IMG/VR virus record: IMGVR_UViG_2565956520_000001
DNA: 64,000 nucleotides
Origin: a virus
Lineage: Duplodnaviria > Caudoviricetes
Reading direction: 5' to 3' (one strand)
Position 1 is the first letter of the stretch. Each line of letters opens with the position of its first letter. This document shows positions 8,538 through 18,332 of this stretch, piece after piece. Made by a program: the position numbers and the translations under genes. The notes beneath the pieces were generated by a model, which was not told the origin of the DNA, ran no database searches, and worked only from the letters and a program-made list of their open reading frames with translations.

Positions 8538-9739
8538 TAGAAAATCTCCTCAAAGTAATCGTTAACCATACGACTACGGAAAGTTACGTGTTCAGCTGGT
8601 GCTGGCGGTGTGAAATCAAAATCAAAATAGACCTTCCCCGCCGCTATCTGATCCGTTGAATTAAGCTCTTCATCGGCCCAGCAAGTACCGCCAAGAATCG
8701 CGCCTATATTTGTAAGGTTGCGAAGATAGGCATTAACGCCTTCAACCACATCTTCCATGTATGTTTTGGTTATGTTGCGATCTACCGCCCATAAATGAGC
8801 TTGCAATAAAGACTCGTTAATCATGTCTGCTGTACGGCGAACTGAAAGGAAGGCCCATTTAGCATCAGCCGAACAAGTCCGGTTGCCCCAAAGCCTGAAT
8901 CCGTCTTCATTAATAATAGTGGTCACGTTCTTTTCATTGAGCAGATTAGCGCGACAATTTGCATCACCAAGTGCAAAATCAATAGGGCGGGCCGTACCGG
9001 ATATACCGCTGATTTCTTGATTAGAAGGCGACCACCAAAACCCTTTATCATTGTCGATCGAGGCAATAAGTCCTGCGGCGCGCGGGGAAGGAGGCTCATT
9101 TACATAAACCCCATCACGATAAACTTTGACCCAAGGGTCAATAAGGTAACAACGTCCACCAAGATCATTTTCCATGCTAATTGCGTCGGCATCGTTCGTA
9201 TTAGGGCCATCTACAATAATTATTGCCCGTAGACGCGGTGCCAATCCTTCAAGCTCTGCAACCACCGGATTCTTAAAGAAAGTACCAGGATTTTCGGAAT
9301 CCTCTTCTTGCTGGTGAGTAAAGCCCGGAGCAATCAAAATACGAGGGGTAAATCCTAAAGCAGACTTTGAACCAAGCAGAGCCTGAACTCCTAAATAATT
9401 ACCATTAAGCGGATCAACGCCCCCAATGACGTTTGTCATTGCTTCTACTTCATTGGCTCCTTCATCAACACGAATCACGATTACTACTGCCCCGATTTGG
9501 TCGAATATGGCATCTAAAGCATTAGGCAAAGTTCCAGCCCCATCTCCGACAGTATCCAACTTTGCAGCTTCAGTCCGATTACCCGCAATCATCACAGGAG
9601 TATTAAGCGGAAAGGTTGCCGGATCAGCATCAGGAGCAGTGCCTATGATACCAATCACCGAGGACCGAACGGTCCTAATAGTGCGCGGCCCATCGTCAAT
9701 TTCGATAACCTCAACACCATGTAAAAAATTATCAGCCAT
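8537..9739 (-). CDS. Tail sheath protein (P2 FI-like)
   Basis: FLHGVEVIEID.G.R.I, PRILIAPGF, WWSPSN, GFRLWGNRT and PAEHVTF motifs. Confidence 0.93.
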   Translation of the reverse strand: MADNFLHGVEVIEIDDGPRTIRTVRSSVIGIIGTAPDADPATFPLNTPVMIAGNRTEAAKLDTVGDGAGTLPNALDAIFDQIGAVVIVIRVDEGANEVEAMTNVIGGVDPLNGNYLGVQALLGSKSALGFTPRILIAPGFTHQQEEDSENPGTFFKNPVVAELEGLAPRLRAIIIVDGPNTNDADAISMENDLGGRCYLIDPWVKVYRDGVYVNEPPSPRAAGLIASIDNDKGFWWSPSNQEISGISGTARPIDFALGDANCRANLLNEKNVTTIINEDGFRLWGNRTCSADAKWAFLSVRRTADMINESLLQAHLWAVDRNITKTYMEDVVEGVNAYLRNLTNIGAILGGTCWADEELNSTDQIAAGKVYFDFDFTPPAPAEHVTFRSRMVNDYFEEIF

Positions 9740-9753
9740 AATTATTCTCCTAT

Positions 9754-10047
9754 TTAGTTATTGTGGCCCATTAAAATTACAGTGAAAATTTCAATGATTG
9801 ATTTAAGCGCATCTTTACGAGTTTCAACATTTGTCGCAGCCTCGTAAGCGGCCTTGGCTTCTGCCAGTTCGTTATGTGTTCCGGTTGATATTTTTCCGCT
9901 ATCAATAAGACGAACCTGAACCTTAACGGCTCTATCTGCCCCCGGAAGAATGATTTCAGAAGAGTTGCCAATTTCATCAAGAATGAACGGGGCCAGCTCT
10001 GCCGCAAGTATCTTTTTATCGGCAACAGTCATGTCATTTATATTCAT
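9754..10047 (-). CDS. Hypothetical protein (possible tail-fibre-associated)
   Basis: 97-aa ORF in an operon between the fibre and sheath genes. Confidence 0.55.
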   Translation of the reverse strand: MNINDMTVADKKILAAELAPFILDEIGNSSEIILPGADRAVKVQVRLIDSGKISTGTHNELAEAKAAYEAATNVETRKDALKSIIEIFTVILMGHNN

Positions 10048-10050
10048 GTG

Positions 10051-12615
10051 TTATGCTCCTGTTTTCCAAGTATCTATTTGCGTTTCAGACACACGACACT
10101 CGCTGTCCTTAGACAATTCAGACACGCCAAGGGCCACCCGGCGGAAAGATTCAGCCGGGATTTGCTTTATAGATTCAAGTAGAATGAAATCAGGGCGGTC
10201 AGGGTCGGAGTCTGTACCAAGAGTTGTGGTTTCGATTGGAATTTCAATGAAATCTTCTGAAACAAACGAAATTCCATCGGGTCCATAGGCGGCTGTGAGA
10301 GCGGGCATTACGTGAACCTTAGAAGGTGCACCGCTAAAATTGGCCGAACTTATATCAATCTCATAGCTTCCGACATTATATAGTGATTTGCCAATGCCAA
10401 CGTAACTATCATTTAAAGTGACATAGCTGTTTGTACTTAGGGTATATTCATAGGCTTTAGAGCTTCCGGCCCAAAGAATAAAAGTATCAGCGTCAACCAT
10501 ACCCAGTGAAAAATATCCCTGTGAAGGCGGCTTTGTTAACTCTACTAAGCTATTTGTACTTATAGTATATTTATACAAAGCATAGTCAGAGTAACCGATA
10601 GCAAGAAGCAGCGTGTCATCATCTACCGAGATAATTGCATGGTATGTTGTATCGTCTGTGGTTAAATTGCCTACTTTTAAAGTTATTGTGCCAGTAGCAA
10701 TGTCGTATTCATAAAACCCACTTTGAATTGCAAAATAAAATTTACCATCTACATTGTGCATAGTTTTACAAATACCCACAACGCTATCATTTAAAGCAAC
10801 ATAGCTGTTTGTACTCAGGGTAAACTCGTAGGCTTTAGAATTTCCTGCCCAAAGGATAAATGTATCAGAGTCAACCATACCCAATGAGAAATATCCCTGT
10901 GAAGGCGGCTTTGTTAACTCGACTAGGCTATTTGTACTTATAGTGTATTTATACAAAGCGTAATCAGAGTAACCAATTGCAAGAAGCAGCGTGTCATCAT
11001 CTACTGAGATAATAGCATGGTATGATGTCTCATCAGAGGTTAGATTCTCTACTTTTAAAGTAGTTGTGCCAGTAGCAATGTCGTATTCATAAAGTTCACT
11101 TTGAATTGCAAAAAAGAGCTTGTTATTAAAATTGTTAACGACATCTCCAGAAACAACGGCCCCTAGATTGGTTATGAGGTTTGTATTCGCTAAAACTTTT
11201 TTATTTGTAAAAAGAGTATCCGCATCAGTCTTTGCAAGAACGGGTATTCCCTTATCCCGCACTTTCGCCCGCATCGAAATTTCAGCCCAATCAGTTTCAG
11301 CCGCATCCTGATCTACGCCATTACTCCGAAGCGCAGCATTATCAGCAAGAGCAACACCCGCCGCACTTGCATCATCGTGCCCATTCCATGCAGAAAGAAA
11401 CACAGCTTCGTCACCTGTGATGAAAGCCGAGCTCGTGCGGAATCCTGTTGCCGTTGACCATTCAGACCAACTAAGCAACGTACCCTTATGGCGACACTCA
11501 AAAACATAATCAGTGGAAACCTGAAGCAATCCGGCAGGCATTAAGTATTCCAGCACCACGCCAAGTTCAGGCGATAAATGCAGAACTGTATCACCCTGCC
11601 TAATCCTAAACTGAATCCCCGCGTGAGTGTCCGCAGTATCACCAACAACGGCAAAGGGGCCTGACATTAAAGTAGGGCATTCCTGCACGTTGGTTGCATC
11701 GGCTACAGGCAAAGTATTTGCCGGACGTTCTGCATAATTAAAAATTGAACGAGTTGTGAAACTCTTAGGATCAGACCATGGCGACCATTGCCCAGTATTC
11801 AAACGGCGACGAGTCCGCACTTTGTAAAGAGTGCTTACCTGTAAATATCCGGCAGGAATTTCAAAGCTGTTCAAAGCAACGGAACTAGGACCAGAATCAA
11901 AAACAGGATTTGAAAAATTTCCCGATCCAAGATCAACCTGCCACTGGCTTGCTTGATGCTCAGTATTTGCAAACACAGGCACGAACTCATGGGCGGAAAT
12001 AATAGGAGTTTCACCGATATCAGTTGCCCCGTCTGCCGGGCTTATAATTTCAGGGATTCCGGTTGCGAGTCTTGCCAGCAAATCAGGATGGGCTTCAGAG
12101 TCAACATCATGGACAACAATGTCATCTTGCGTTGCTAAAAGTACCGGACTTTGCATGATAGTAATTTCAGCCGCATTGCCAGTTACAACATCAATACGAA
12201 ATTGCTTTTCAAGCGGCGCGGCCCCGGCAGGAAGTTGCGGTATATAATCGTATTGTTCACCCGCATAATCCACGGCGTAAAGAATTTCACCGCGCGACGG
12301 ATGGGTTGCAAAAATTCCTATTTCACGCAGAGCAAAACCCGAGACAAGGCCCGAATTGGTCAGCATTGCGTGAAGAGTATAACACCCTGCGGGTTCATCA
12401 GTATCCGGCACGGAACTAGGAGCAATTGAACCAATATCAAGGCTCATAGCTTCATCAAGCAACGCGGTTAGCTCCGCTGGTGCACTTAGTTGAGATTCAT
12501 TCCAAATGCCGGACCCTACAGCAATACGCGTAAAATCAAGCACGGTTCCCGCACCGACCAAGCCTAAAAGCTCCATGCCGTGCCGGGTAAGTTTCATACC
12601 TGTAAAATTAGGCAT
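10051..12615 (-). CDS. Tail fibre / receptor-binding protein
   Basis: N-terminal tail-collar region (LTRHGMELL...FTRIAVGSG; FALREIGIFA), two FN3/Ig-like segments ending WSPWS and WSEWS, and a duplicated distal beta-rich module. Confidence 0.8.
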   Translation of the reverse strand: MPNFTGMKLTRHGMELLGLVGAGTVLDFTRIAVGSGIWNESQLSAPAELTALLDEAMSLDIGSIAPSSVPDTDEPAGCYTLHAMLTNSGLVSGFALREIGIFATHPSRGEILYAVDYAGEQYDYIPQLPAGAAPLEKQFRIDVVTGNAAEITIMQSPVLLATQDDIVVHDVDSEAHPDLLARLATGIPEIISPADGATDIGETPIISAHEFVPVFANTEHQASQWQVDLGSGNFSNPVFDSGPSSVALNSFEIPAGYLQVSTLYKVRTRRRLNTGQWSPWSDPKSFTTRSIFNYAERPANTLPVADATNVQECPTLMSGPFAVVGDTADTHAGIQFRIRQGDTVLHLSPELGVVLEYLMPAGLLQVSTDYVFECRHKGTLLSWSEWSTATGFRTSSAFITGDEAVFLSAWNGHDDASAAGVALADNAALRSNGVDQDAAETDWAEISMRAKVRDKGIPVLAKTDADTLFTNKKVLANTNLITNLGAVVSGDVVNNFNNKLFFAIQSELYEYDIATGTTTLKVENLTSDETSYHAIISVDDDTLLLAIGYSDYALYKYTISTNSLVELTKPPSQGYFSLGMVDSDTFILWAGNSKAYEFTLSTNSYVALNDSVVGICKTMHNVDGKFYFAIQSGFYEYDIATGTITLKVGNLTTDDTTYHAIISVDDDTLLLAIGYSDYALYKYTISTNSLVELTKPPSQGYFSLGMVDADTFILWAGSSKAYEYTLSTNSYVTLNDSYVGIGKSLYNVGSYEIDISSANFSGAPSKVHVMPALTAAYGPDGISFVSEDFIEIPIETTTLGTDSDPDRPDFILLESIKQIPAESFRRVALGVSELSKDSECRVSETQIDTWKTGA
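10392..11125. repeat. Tandem duplication in the fibre gene, period 378 bp (126 aa)
   Basis: GTGCCAGTAGCAATGTCGTATTCATAAA at both 10688 and 11066. The protein block HAIISVDDDTLLLAIGYSDYALYKYTISTNSLVELTKPPSQGYFSLGMVD occurs twice. Confidence 0.9.
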
Positions 12616-13294
12616 TAATGCCTCCTATGGTAATGGTATCAATCACCTGTACAGCTCCGCCAAAAAACAACCCCACAGGGTCAACTTCCAGCGACGTAGC
12701 AGGTAAATTTATAGTAATAATGTCCGCTTCTCTGACACCTGCACCGCTGTAAAAAAGGGCTGGATCAGAAGAAATATTGATATGCACAGGAATATGCTGA
12801 ACTGAACCGGAGCGAACAGCCCCGCCAGTAAATGAAGGATTTATAAGCGTGGAATGAAACACAATTGAATCGAGGTGTGAACGGGTGTTTTTCGCAACCG
12901 CTACAGCTTCAAGCATGTCAAAATATACAGCTTCACTCGCGGTTGTTTCAGTGGAAACTTTGAACTTGTATTCATCTCCGTCATATTCAAACCATTCAAG
13001 TACGTCGGCAGAAATACCGAGGGCATCAAGATACCTTTCAACGGCAACCGGAGTTCCTTTAATACGATGAATAGCTATGCTTGTTTTAATGACCGCCCGC
13101 TTTGTTGCCTCGGGCCATGAGTCTTTCCACAGGTCCACGGAAAGCGACCACGCCAACCACGGCAAGAAAACAACCGGACATTTTTCAGGGTTCCATAAAT
13201 CACGGATATCAACCGGAACGGCTTCAATTCTAGCAACGGCGTTGGATAAATCCCGTTCCTGTTTAGTTGCGCTAATAGGCAAAAGGTCAGACAT
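12608..13294 (-). CDS. Tail protein I (P2 gpI-like)
   Basis: LWNP..CP..FLPWLAWSLSVD.W...W.E..KR..I......HR.KGT pattern. Confidence 0.9.
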   Translation of the reverse strand: MSDLLPISATKQERDLSNAVARIEAVPVDIRDLWNPEKCPVVFLPWLAWSLSVDLWKDSWPEATKRAVIKTSIAIHRIKGTPVAVERYLDALGISADVLEWFEYDGDEYKFKVSTETTASEAVYFDMLEAVAVAKNTRSHLDSIVFHSTLINPSFTGGAVRSGSVQHIPVHINISSDPALFYSGAGVREADIITINLPATSLEVDPVGLFFGGAVQVIDTITIGGINA

Positions 13295-14172
13295 TAGCCT
13301 TCCCCTACTTCAAACGAGGTGCAATAAGCCGCCTGTTCTGGTTGCATTGCTAAATCTGAAACAGGGGAAATAAGTTCAACTTTTGCCACGCCTTCAACGT
13401 GCAAAGCGGCATAAATACCGGAAAGCGGAACAGTTGAGCCAAGGCTATGCCTTTCGTTTGCATATTCAGTTACAGCGGCAAGGGCTGAATCAATAACAGA
13501 CGAAGGAGCCGGACCGGGCTGAATGTAAAGTGTTGCTTTAACTTCGTAGTTTACAATCACAGCAGGTTTTACGGTCACATGGTCAGTTAACGGCCTAACT
13601 TCGCGATCATTGACCACATCATCTACAGCAATAAGGGTTTCAGCATCCGGCAAGCCGTCACCGTCACGAGTTAAAACATAAACCTCGACCTCACCCGGCA
13701 ACGAACTCAAAGCCGCCGCACCACGCACAGCGGGTACTTTTAAAGCATGGAAAACATACGCCCCATCAGGACCAGCGGAAGAAAACCCTTCCGGGGCCAT
13801 TTGAACGCGGGCACGAAATTCATCATCACCTTCATAAGTAGGAAGAATAACGGGACGGGCTTCAGAATCACCCGCATCAATAAGCTTTCGCTCAACTGGC
13901 GCAAGAGCCGCCAGATTATCAAGGTCAGCACCCGGAGCATAAGCAACCATCACAGCGCGGGCGGCATCGTTAACGCGCTGGCGCAAGCCGAGTTCACGGT
14001 ATGCGGCAACTTCTAAAATTTTATAAGCGGGATCAGATTCAACAAGCGCAGTGAATTGCGGATCACGCGCGCGAAGGTCAGCCAGCAATTCAGCAAGGAT
14101 TGATTCAAAATCAAGCGGCTCGACAATATCAGGGGCCGGAACCTTGGACATATTAATAGGTTCAAAGGTCAT
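13294..14172 (-). CDS. Baseplate J protein
   Basis: ESDPAYKILEVAAYREL.LRQRVN, S.AGP.GAY.FHA and RPLTD.V motifs. Confidence 0.92.
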   Translation of the reverse strand: MTFEPINMSKVPAPDIVEPLDFESILAELLADLRARDPQFTALVESDPAYKILEVAAYRELGLRQRVNDAARAVMVAYAPGADLDNLAALAPVERKLIDAGDSEARPVILPTYEGDDEFRARVQMAPEGFSSAGPDGAYVFHALKVPAVRGAAALSSLPGEVEVYVLTRDGDGLPDAETLIAVDDVVNDREVRPLTDHVTVKPAVIVNYEVKATLYIQPGPAPSSVIDSALAAVTEYANERHSLGSTVPLSGIYAALHVEGVAKVELISPVSDLAMQPEQAAYCTSFEVGEG

Positions 14173-14510
14173 GATATTACTATCCCGTCTAAAGTGATTT
14201 CCTTTCCTTCCGGCAAGTACTTACCAACTAAATTGATAATGATTTCCCCGGCTGAATTTAGGCTTTCAACTATAACGCTGGTGAGCTTGTAACGTGGTTC
14301 CCATTTCTTAAGAGCTTCAGCAACGGCAGAATAGTATTCAACCAACAAGTCGGAGCTGTACGGCCTATCAACCAGCTTAAATAAGCGACTGCCATAAGTG
14401 CGCCGCATGATTCTTGAACCTATTGGAGTAGTAAGAATGTCAGTAATGGACTGGCGAAGGTGTGTAAGCCCCTCAACATGTTTGCCAGTTACAGCGCATA
14501 CACCTTTCAT
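14169..14510 (-). CDS. Baseplate wedge protein W (gp25-like)
   Basis: HLRQSITDILTTPIGSRIMRR.YGS.L..LVD.P...WEPR pattern. Confidence 0.92.
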   Translation of the reverse strand: MKGVCAVTGKHVEGLTHLRQSITDILTTPIGSRIMRRTYGSRLFKLVDRPYSSDLLVEYYSAVAEALKKWEPRYKLTSVIVESLNSAGEIIINLVGKYLPEGKEITLDGIVIS

Positions 14511-15346
14511 GATGCACCTCCAGTGGGTTCATCAGTGACGGTGCCGTTTTCACCGTGAACATGATGTTGTAGGGAAACACCCTCGGAAATGGTATCGCCG
14601 TCATGCTGAATAAAATCACCTTCGCGGTGGATAATTTCACCGTAAAGTTCTGCCCCGCCACCGTGGGTGCTGTTGCCGTGGGTGATAGGACCATCAAAAA
14701 CAAGTTGCGGAGCGGAAAGGGTTACACGGGTTGCGCTGTTGATTACAATTTCACCAACAACATCAAGTATTACCTTACCGCCGACGGCACGGTTAACATC
14801 CCCGCCAATATCATCTGAAACATTGCCGCCGATAATATCAGTGCGGTTGCCGCCAATATCATTAAAAACATCACGCCCGACCTGCTTAAACTCATCACGA
14901 TCAATGGTCATGGAAACATCCCTGTGAACCTGAACAGTCATATCCTTATCAATTTCGCGATTCTCAAAACCGGGAATGTAAGCGTGTAAAATATGATTCA
15001 AGCGGTCATACTCGATAATCGCGCCATCTTCATAAGTAGTACGATGAATAGTAGGTCGATCCGCCGGGGCCGGATGATTAGTGGAAAAGAGAGAACCCAA
15101 AACAGCACCGCCGGAAATCTCACCGGACGGAGCCAAAACAATCACCTGTTCGCCGACTTCCGGTGCCCACCAAGTGTGGTCGCCACCAGCGCGAAATGTA
15201 ACCCACGGAAGCCAATCAGAAACAGCTTCACCAAAGGACACACGAACACGTGCCTTGCTGTAATCAGCTTCGGCAACGGTTCCTATGCGGATCATGTTTG
15301 ATAAGCGGCGGTCAATTTCTGACTTATGGAAGTTCGAATTCTGCAA
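14507..15346 (-). CDS. Baseplate spike V
   Basis: SDWLPW...RAG....WWAP.VGEQV OB-fold, short DIGG-type beta-helix repeats and a C-terminal HxH (QHHVH). Start placed at the TTG at 15346 after GGAGG; the ORF track extends to 15424. Confidence 0.88.
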   Translation of the reverse strand: MQNSNFHKSEIDRRLSNMIRIGTVAEADYSKARVRVSFGEAVSDWLPWVTFRAGGDHTWWAPEVGEQVIVLAPSGEISGGAVLGSLFSTNHPAPADRPTIHRTTYEDGAIIEYDRLNHILHAYIPGFENREIDKDMTVQVHRDVSMTIDRDEFKQVGRDVFNDIGGNRTDIIGGNVSDDIGGDVNRAVGGKVILDVVGEIVINSATRVTLSAPQLVFDGPITHGNSTHGGGAELYGEIIHREGDFIQHDGDTISEGVSLQHHVHGENGTVTDEPTGGAS

Positions 15347-15905
15347 TGACCTGCCCTCCGCTTTCCTGTGTTGGAATTTCACCATCTGTAACCACTTGAT
15401 ATTCCGGCTCATGGTCCGCGCCAATCAATGGCGAATAGCCAAGAAAAACCGTTTGCGGTGTATTGCCTTCACCAGTCCAAATAGATTCGCCAAGCAAGCC
15501 ACTGAACTCAAATTCAACCCGCCACTCTTCATATCCATCCTTTGAAGGCTTGAAGTCTTCAGGATAACCACCAATAAACTTTGTCGCTGAAACCGGAAGC
15601 CCAAAGCGGTTCCCGTCGATAAACTTAGCAAGAGAACAAACTAGGGCGGCAACTTCACGGGCCGCATCCTTCACTTTGAAATGGATAAGCGGATAGACAA
15701 CCCAACGCATGTTTATTTCAAGCTGGCCTGTACCGGGATCTTTTTCGCCCGGCTCAACATGGGCAAGCTCAAGAGCAAGGGCCGGAGCAACCACCGTTCC
15801 GCTTTCACGGCGATAGTCACCCACGGAACAAGCGGGAAAAGCTTCTTTAAGCTTTTGAACAATCGCTTCATGCGCTTCGGATATGTCTATTTGCTCGATT
15901 CCCAT
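15324..15905 (-). CDS. Tail completion/terminator-like protein
   Basis: 193 aa. Position between the neck gene and gpV; PALALEL and YEEWRVEF pattern. Confidence 0.55.
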   Translation of the reverse strand: MGIEQIDISEAHEAIVQKLKEAFPACSVGDYRRESGTVVAPALALELAHVEPGEKDPGTGQLEINMRWVVYPLIHFKVKDAAREVAALVCSLAKFIDGNRFGLPVSATKFIGGYPEDFKPSKDGYEEWRVEFEFSGLLGESIWTGEGNTPQTVFLGYSPLIGADHEPEYQVVTDGEIPTQESGGQVIAEFELP

Positions 15906-16417
15906 TTCATTTCCCTTTCAAAAAATATGTAAAATTTGCGTTCAAAAGCTTTGAGGATATCGGCCTCAATTACATGTTTAATGGCCTGATCAATTTTCGC
16001 TGTTTGTATGGCGATGGGTAGCCGGTTATCTGTTCCCTTCTCTAATGTAACTCGCCTATAAACCTCAGTTTTACCGCCACGCTGTTGAATGAAACCGTGT
16101 TTACGTTCAATCTTTCCAGCCTGAACACCTGTCCGATTCTGGTTAGGGTTCATTTCCCGCAAAGGAACTCCATACAATCCAAACCAAAGCCGAGAGGTAT
16201 TGCGACCACCACCAAAAGATACAAATAAACGCTTTTTAAGAACGGCCTGCTTAATTCCAGTTACCTTGCTGGTTTCACGCAGAGCTACAGTTTTTAAATG
16301 CCGGGCAAGCTTTGAAATGGCTCTTTTGCAAGCAACATCAATTTGCTTTTCAGTTGCGGCAAAATCAGCGGCGATCAGCTCAAGTTTATCGCCATCTATC
16401 TTCAGAGCTGTAGCCAT
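15887..16417 (-). CDS. Minor tail/neck protein (lambda Z-like)
   Basis: Basic 176-aa protein with R.PI near the C-terminus, at the canonical position. Confidence 0.55.
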   Translation of the reverse strand: MATALKIDGDKLELIAADFAATEKQIDVACKRAISKLARHLKTVALRETSKVTGIKQAVLKKRLFVSFGGGRNTSRLWFGLYGVPLREMNPNQNRTGVQAGKIERKHGFIQQRGGKTEVYRRVTLEKGTDNRLPIAIQTAKIDQAIKHVIEADILKAFERKFYIFFEREMKWESSK

Positions 16418-16728
16418 TACTGAGCCAAAGTAAGTTCAATTTTTCCAAGTCCGGAGCCATCAGGGCGAAAAGCATACACATCGTAAGTTTTGCTTTCCAA
16501 AACCACCTGGGAACCTTGTTCAAGACCAGACGCGTCAATTTCCTTACATGTCAAAACAGGGCTGTCAGGATTAAAAACCATTGCCCTGCCTAGCATTGCT
16601 TCATCCATGTCAGCATCTTTGTAGGCTTTAAATGTTCGATTCTCGGCAATGACAAGAATTTCATGTGCATCCAGCCCATCAAAGAATATATCTAGGTCGT
16701 CTTCCATATCAGCTAGAAAATCGTTCAT
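16417..16728 (-). CDS. Head-tail joining protein (lambda FII-like)
   Basis: Acidic N-terminus and C-terminal Y.V....PDGSG...L.L. ATG at 16728 overlaps the spanin stop. Confidence 0.6.
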   Translation of the reverse strand: MNDFLADMEDDLDIFFDGLDAHEILVIAENRTFKAYKDADMDEAMLGRAMVFNPDSPVLTCKEIDASGLEQGSQVVLESKTYDVYAFRPDGSGLGKIELTLAQ

Positions 16729-17003
16729 TGTTCCGCCTGCGTCTCGTAACATCTGATGGTTGCATTTTGATCTTTGATCAACTTGTCCTGATTGATGACA
16801 TTGTCGGTCAGAATCTTAACATTATAGGGTGAACCGAGGTGTTGTTCGGAATCCAGACGACTGAATTCATAGACTCCTGGGCCGGGGCATTTCTCAAGCT
16901 TTGCTACAACCTCGATAACTTCAACCTGAGGTTCAGGAATCTCGAGCTTACTGCTGCAGGAACACAGAATTAAGCAGGCCAACAGCAGAGTTGCTTGTCG
17001 CAT
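16725..17003 (-). CDS. Outer-membrane spanin (Rz1-like lipoprotein)
   Basis: Signal peptide with lipobox (LILCSC), Pro-rich linker and C-terminal CYE. Overlaps the 3' end of the i-spanin gene. Confidence 0.75.
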   Translation of the reverse strand: MRQATLLLACLILCSCSSKLEIPEPQVEVIEVVAKLEKCPGPGVYEFSRLDSEQHLGSPYNVKILTDNVINQDKLIKDQNATIRCYETQAEQ

Positions 17004-17406
17004 CGTCGATTACTCCGGTTGTTTGTTCAGGCTTAACCGCCACGGCCTTCCGGCTGATCTCCTGACTAGTGGCCAAGCGAACAACATACTCACGATTATT
17101 CGTCCGCTCATCTTCCAACAAATTATTAAGTCCGGCGTTTACCCTATGCAGTCGATTCTCATCCGCTTCAGCAAGATTAGCCCTTGTCTCAGCGTTTGCA
17201 CGTAGCCCCTGCTCCGTTACAATCGTAGCGTTCAGAGCTACCTTTTCGCCTTTCAGAGTGGTGATGTCGGCTTTCAAAAACGCAATTCTCACGAGCATGC
17301 CGACCAGAAGTAATGCCACCACGACTACGCCGCCAATGCAGGCAATAAGTTTTCCTTTGCCACCAAAAAGACCGAGAAGGATGGAGATCATGACATCAAG
17401 TTCCAA
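16948..17406 (-). CDS. Inner-membrane spanin (Rz-like)
   Basis: N-terminal TM helix followed by a coiled coil, immediately after the endolysin. Confidence 0.7.
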   Translation of the reverse strand: MELDVMISILLGLFGGKGKLIACIGGVVVVALLLVGMLVRIAFLKADITTLKGEKVALNATIVTEQGLRANAETRANLAEADENRLHRVNAGLNNLLEDERTNNREYVVRLATSQEISRKAVAVKPEQTTGVIDDATSNSAVGLLNSVFLQQ

Positions 17407-17828
17407 AGTCGATCTCTGATTTCAGCCACTTCCTGATTCGGACAGGTCTTGTGATCATCTAGTTCGTTGTGACCGTAAACAGCGTCCGCATCGAGTCCGT
17501 AGTGCTGGAGTATTTCAAGCAGAACTTGCGTCAAAGTTTCCATCTGATTTTCGGTAAAAGTCTCTTTACCAATCAGGCAAACACCAATGGACCTACTGTT
17601 AAATCCTTTGCAGTGCGCACCCTTGACTTCAATATCGCGCCCAAGTTCAACAATACCATCAAGCGAAGGATCATACTCTCCGCGGCTTGTGGGGTGGCCG
17701 TTCAGAATTACCATGTGGTATCCGATCCCGCTCCACCCCCTTTCCAGATGCCACTCGTTGATTACTGCCGCGTTGCCCCAAGCCGAGTCCGAGCAATGAA
17801 CCACCACCATATCTACCTGACGTCCCAT
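17388..17828 (-). CDS. Endolysin, N-acetylmuramoyl-L-alanine amidase (T7 lysozyme-like)
   Basis: VVVHCS, GW..IGYH, GAHCKGFNSRSIGVCLIG and GH.E....KTCP zinc-amidase motifs. AGGAG RBS before the ATG at 17828. Confidence 0.92.
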   Translation of the reverse strand: MGRQVDMVVVHCSDSAWGNAAVINEWHLERGWSGIGYHMVILNGHPTSRGEYDPSLDGIVELGRDIEVKGAHCKGFNSRSIGVCLIGKETFTENQMETLTQVLLEILQHYGLDADAVYGHNELDDHKTCPNQEVAEIRDRLWNLMS

Positions 17829-18270
17829 AACGACTCCTGTCTTGAATCGGATCAAATTCATCCCTGAAGGACTTAATCCTGTCTGTAAGTTTACGCGGAA
17901 TCACATGCACATCCATTTCAGCTAGATGCACAGCCACGCTTAAAAATTCATTAGAAGCCAAATACATAACCAAGAATTCGCGAACATATGCACAAACCGA
18001 GGGCAGAGATTCATCAAGTGTGACATCAAGCATATTTGCCATGATGATTGCCACGGCATAGACCACAAATTTGCTTACGCCATGCCTGAATTTCGCACTG
18101 CTATATGAACCGTTCTTCAATGCTCTTCCGAGTCCAAGAGCGAAATCAGACAGATAGAGAACAATCAAAGCAAGCAAGGCTTTATCGAATCCACCTAAAA
18201 GCCATGAGGCCGCAGAACATCCGACTGCAAGGCAAGCTTTGATTGTAATATTGTCGAAAAGTTGGTTCAT
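17671..18270 (-). CDS. Holin (three predicted TM helices) with a C-terminal extension overlapping the endolysin gene
   Basis: LLGGFD..L..L..L...DF..G...A....SS.KFRHG..K...E..S...HL pattern, directly upstream of the amidase. Confidence 0.78.
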   Translation of the reverse strand: MNQLFDNITIKACLAVGCSAASWLLGGFDKALLALIVLYLSDFALGLGRALKNGSYSSAKFRHGVSKFVVYAVAIIMANMLDVTLDESLPSVCAYVREFLVMYLASNEFLSVAVHLAEMDVHVIPRKLTDRIKSFRDEFDPIQDRSRYGTSGRYGGGSLLGLGLGQRGSNQRVASGKGVERDRIPHGNSERPPHKPRRV

Positions 18271-18332
18271 ATCTGTCTCTAATATTTCTTTCAGGTTCGG
18301 CCCCGATAAGACGGAACCGAACCTAAATAGTA

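Noticed and set aside
5283-11125. Diversity-generating retroelement (TR/VR) explanation for the tape measure and fibre duplications
   Set aside because: No reverse transcriptase in the window, both duplications are in-frame tandem copies within one gene, and the mismatches are not confined to adenines.
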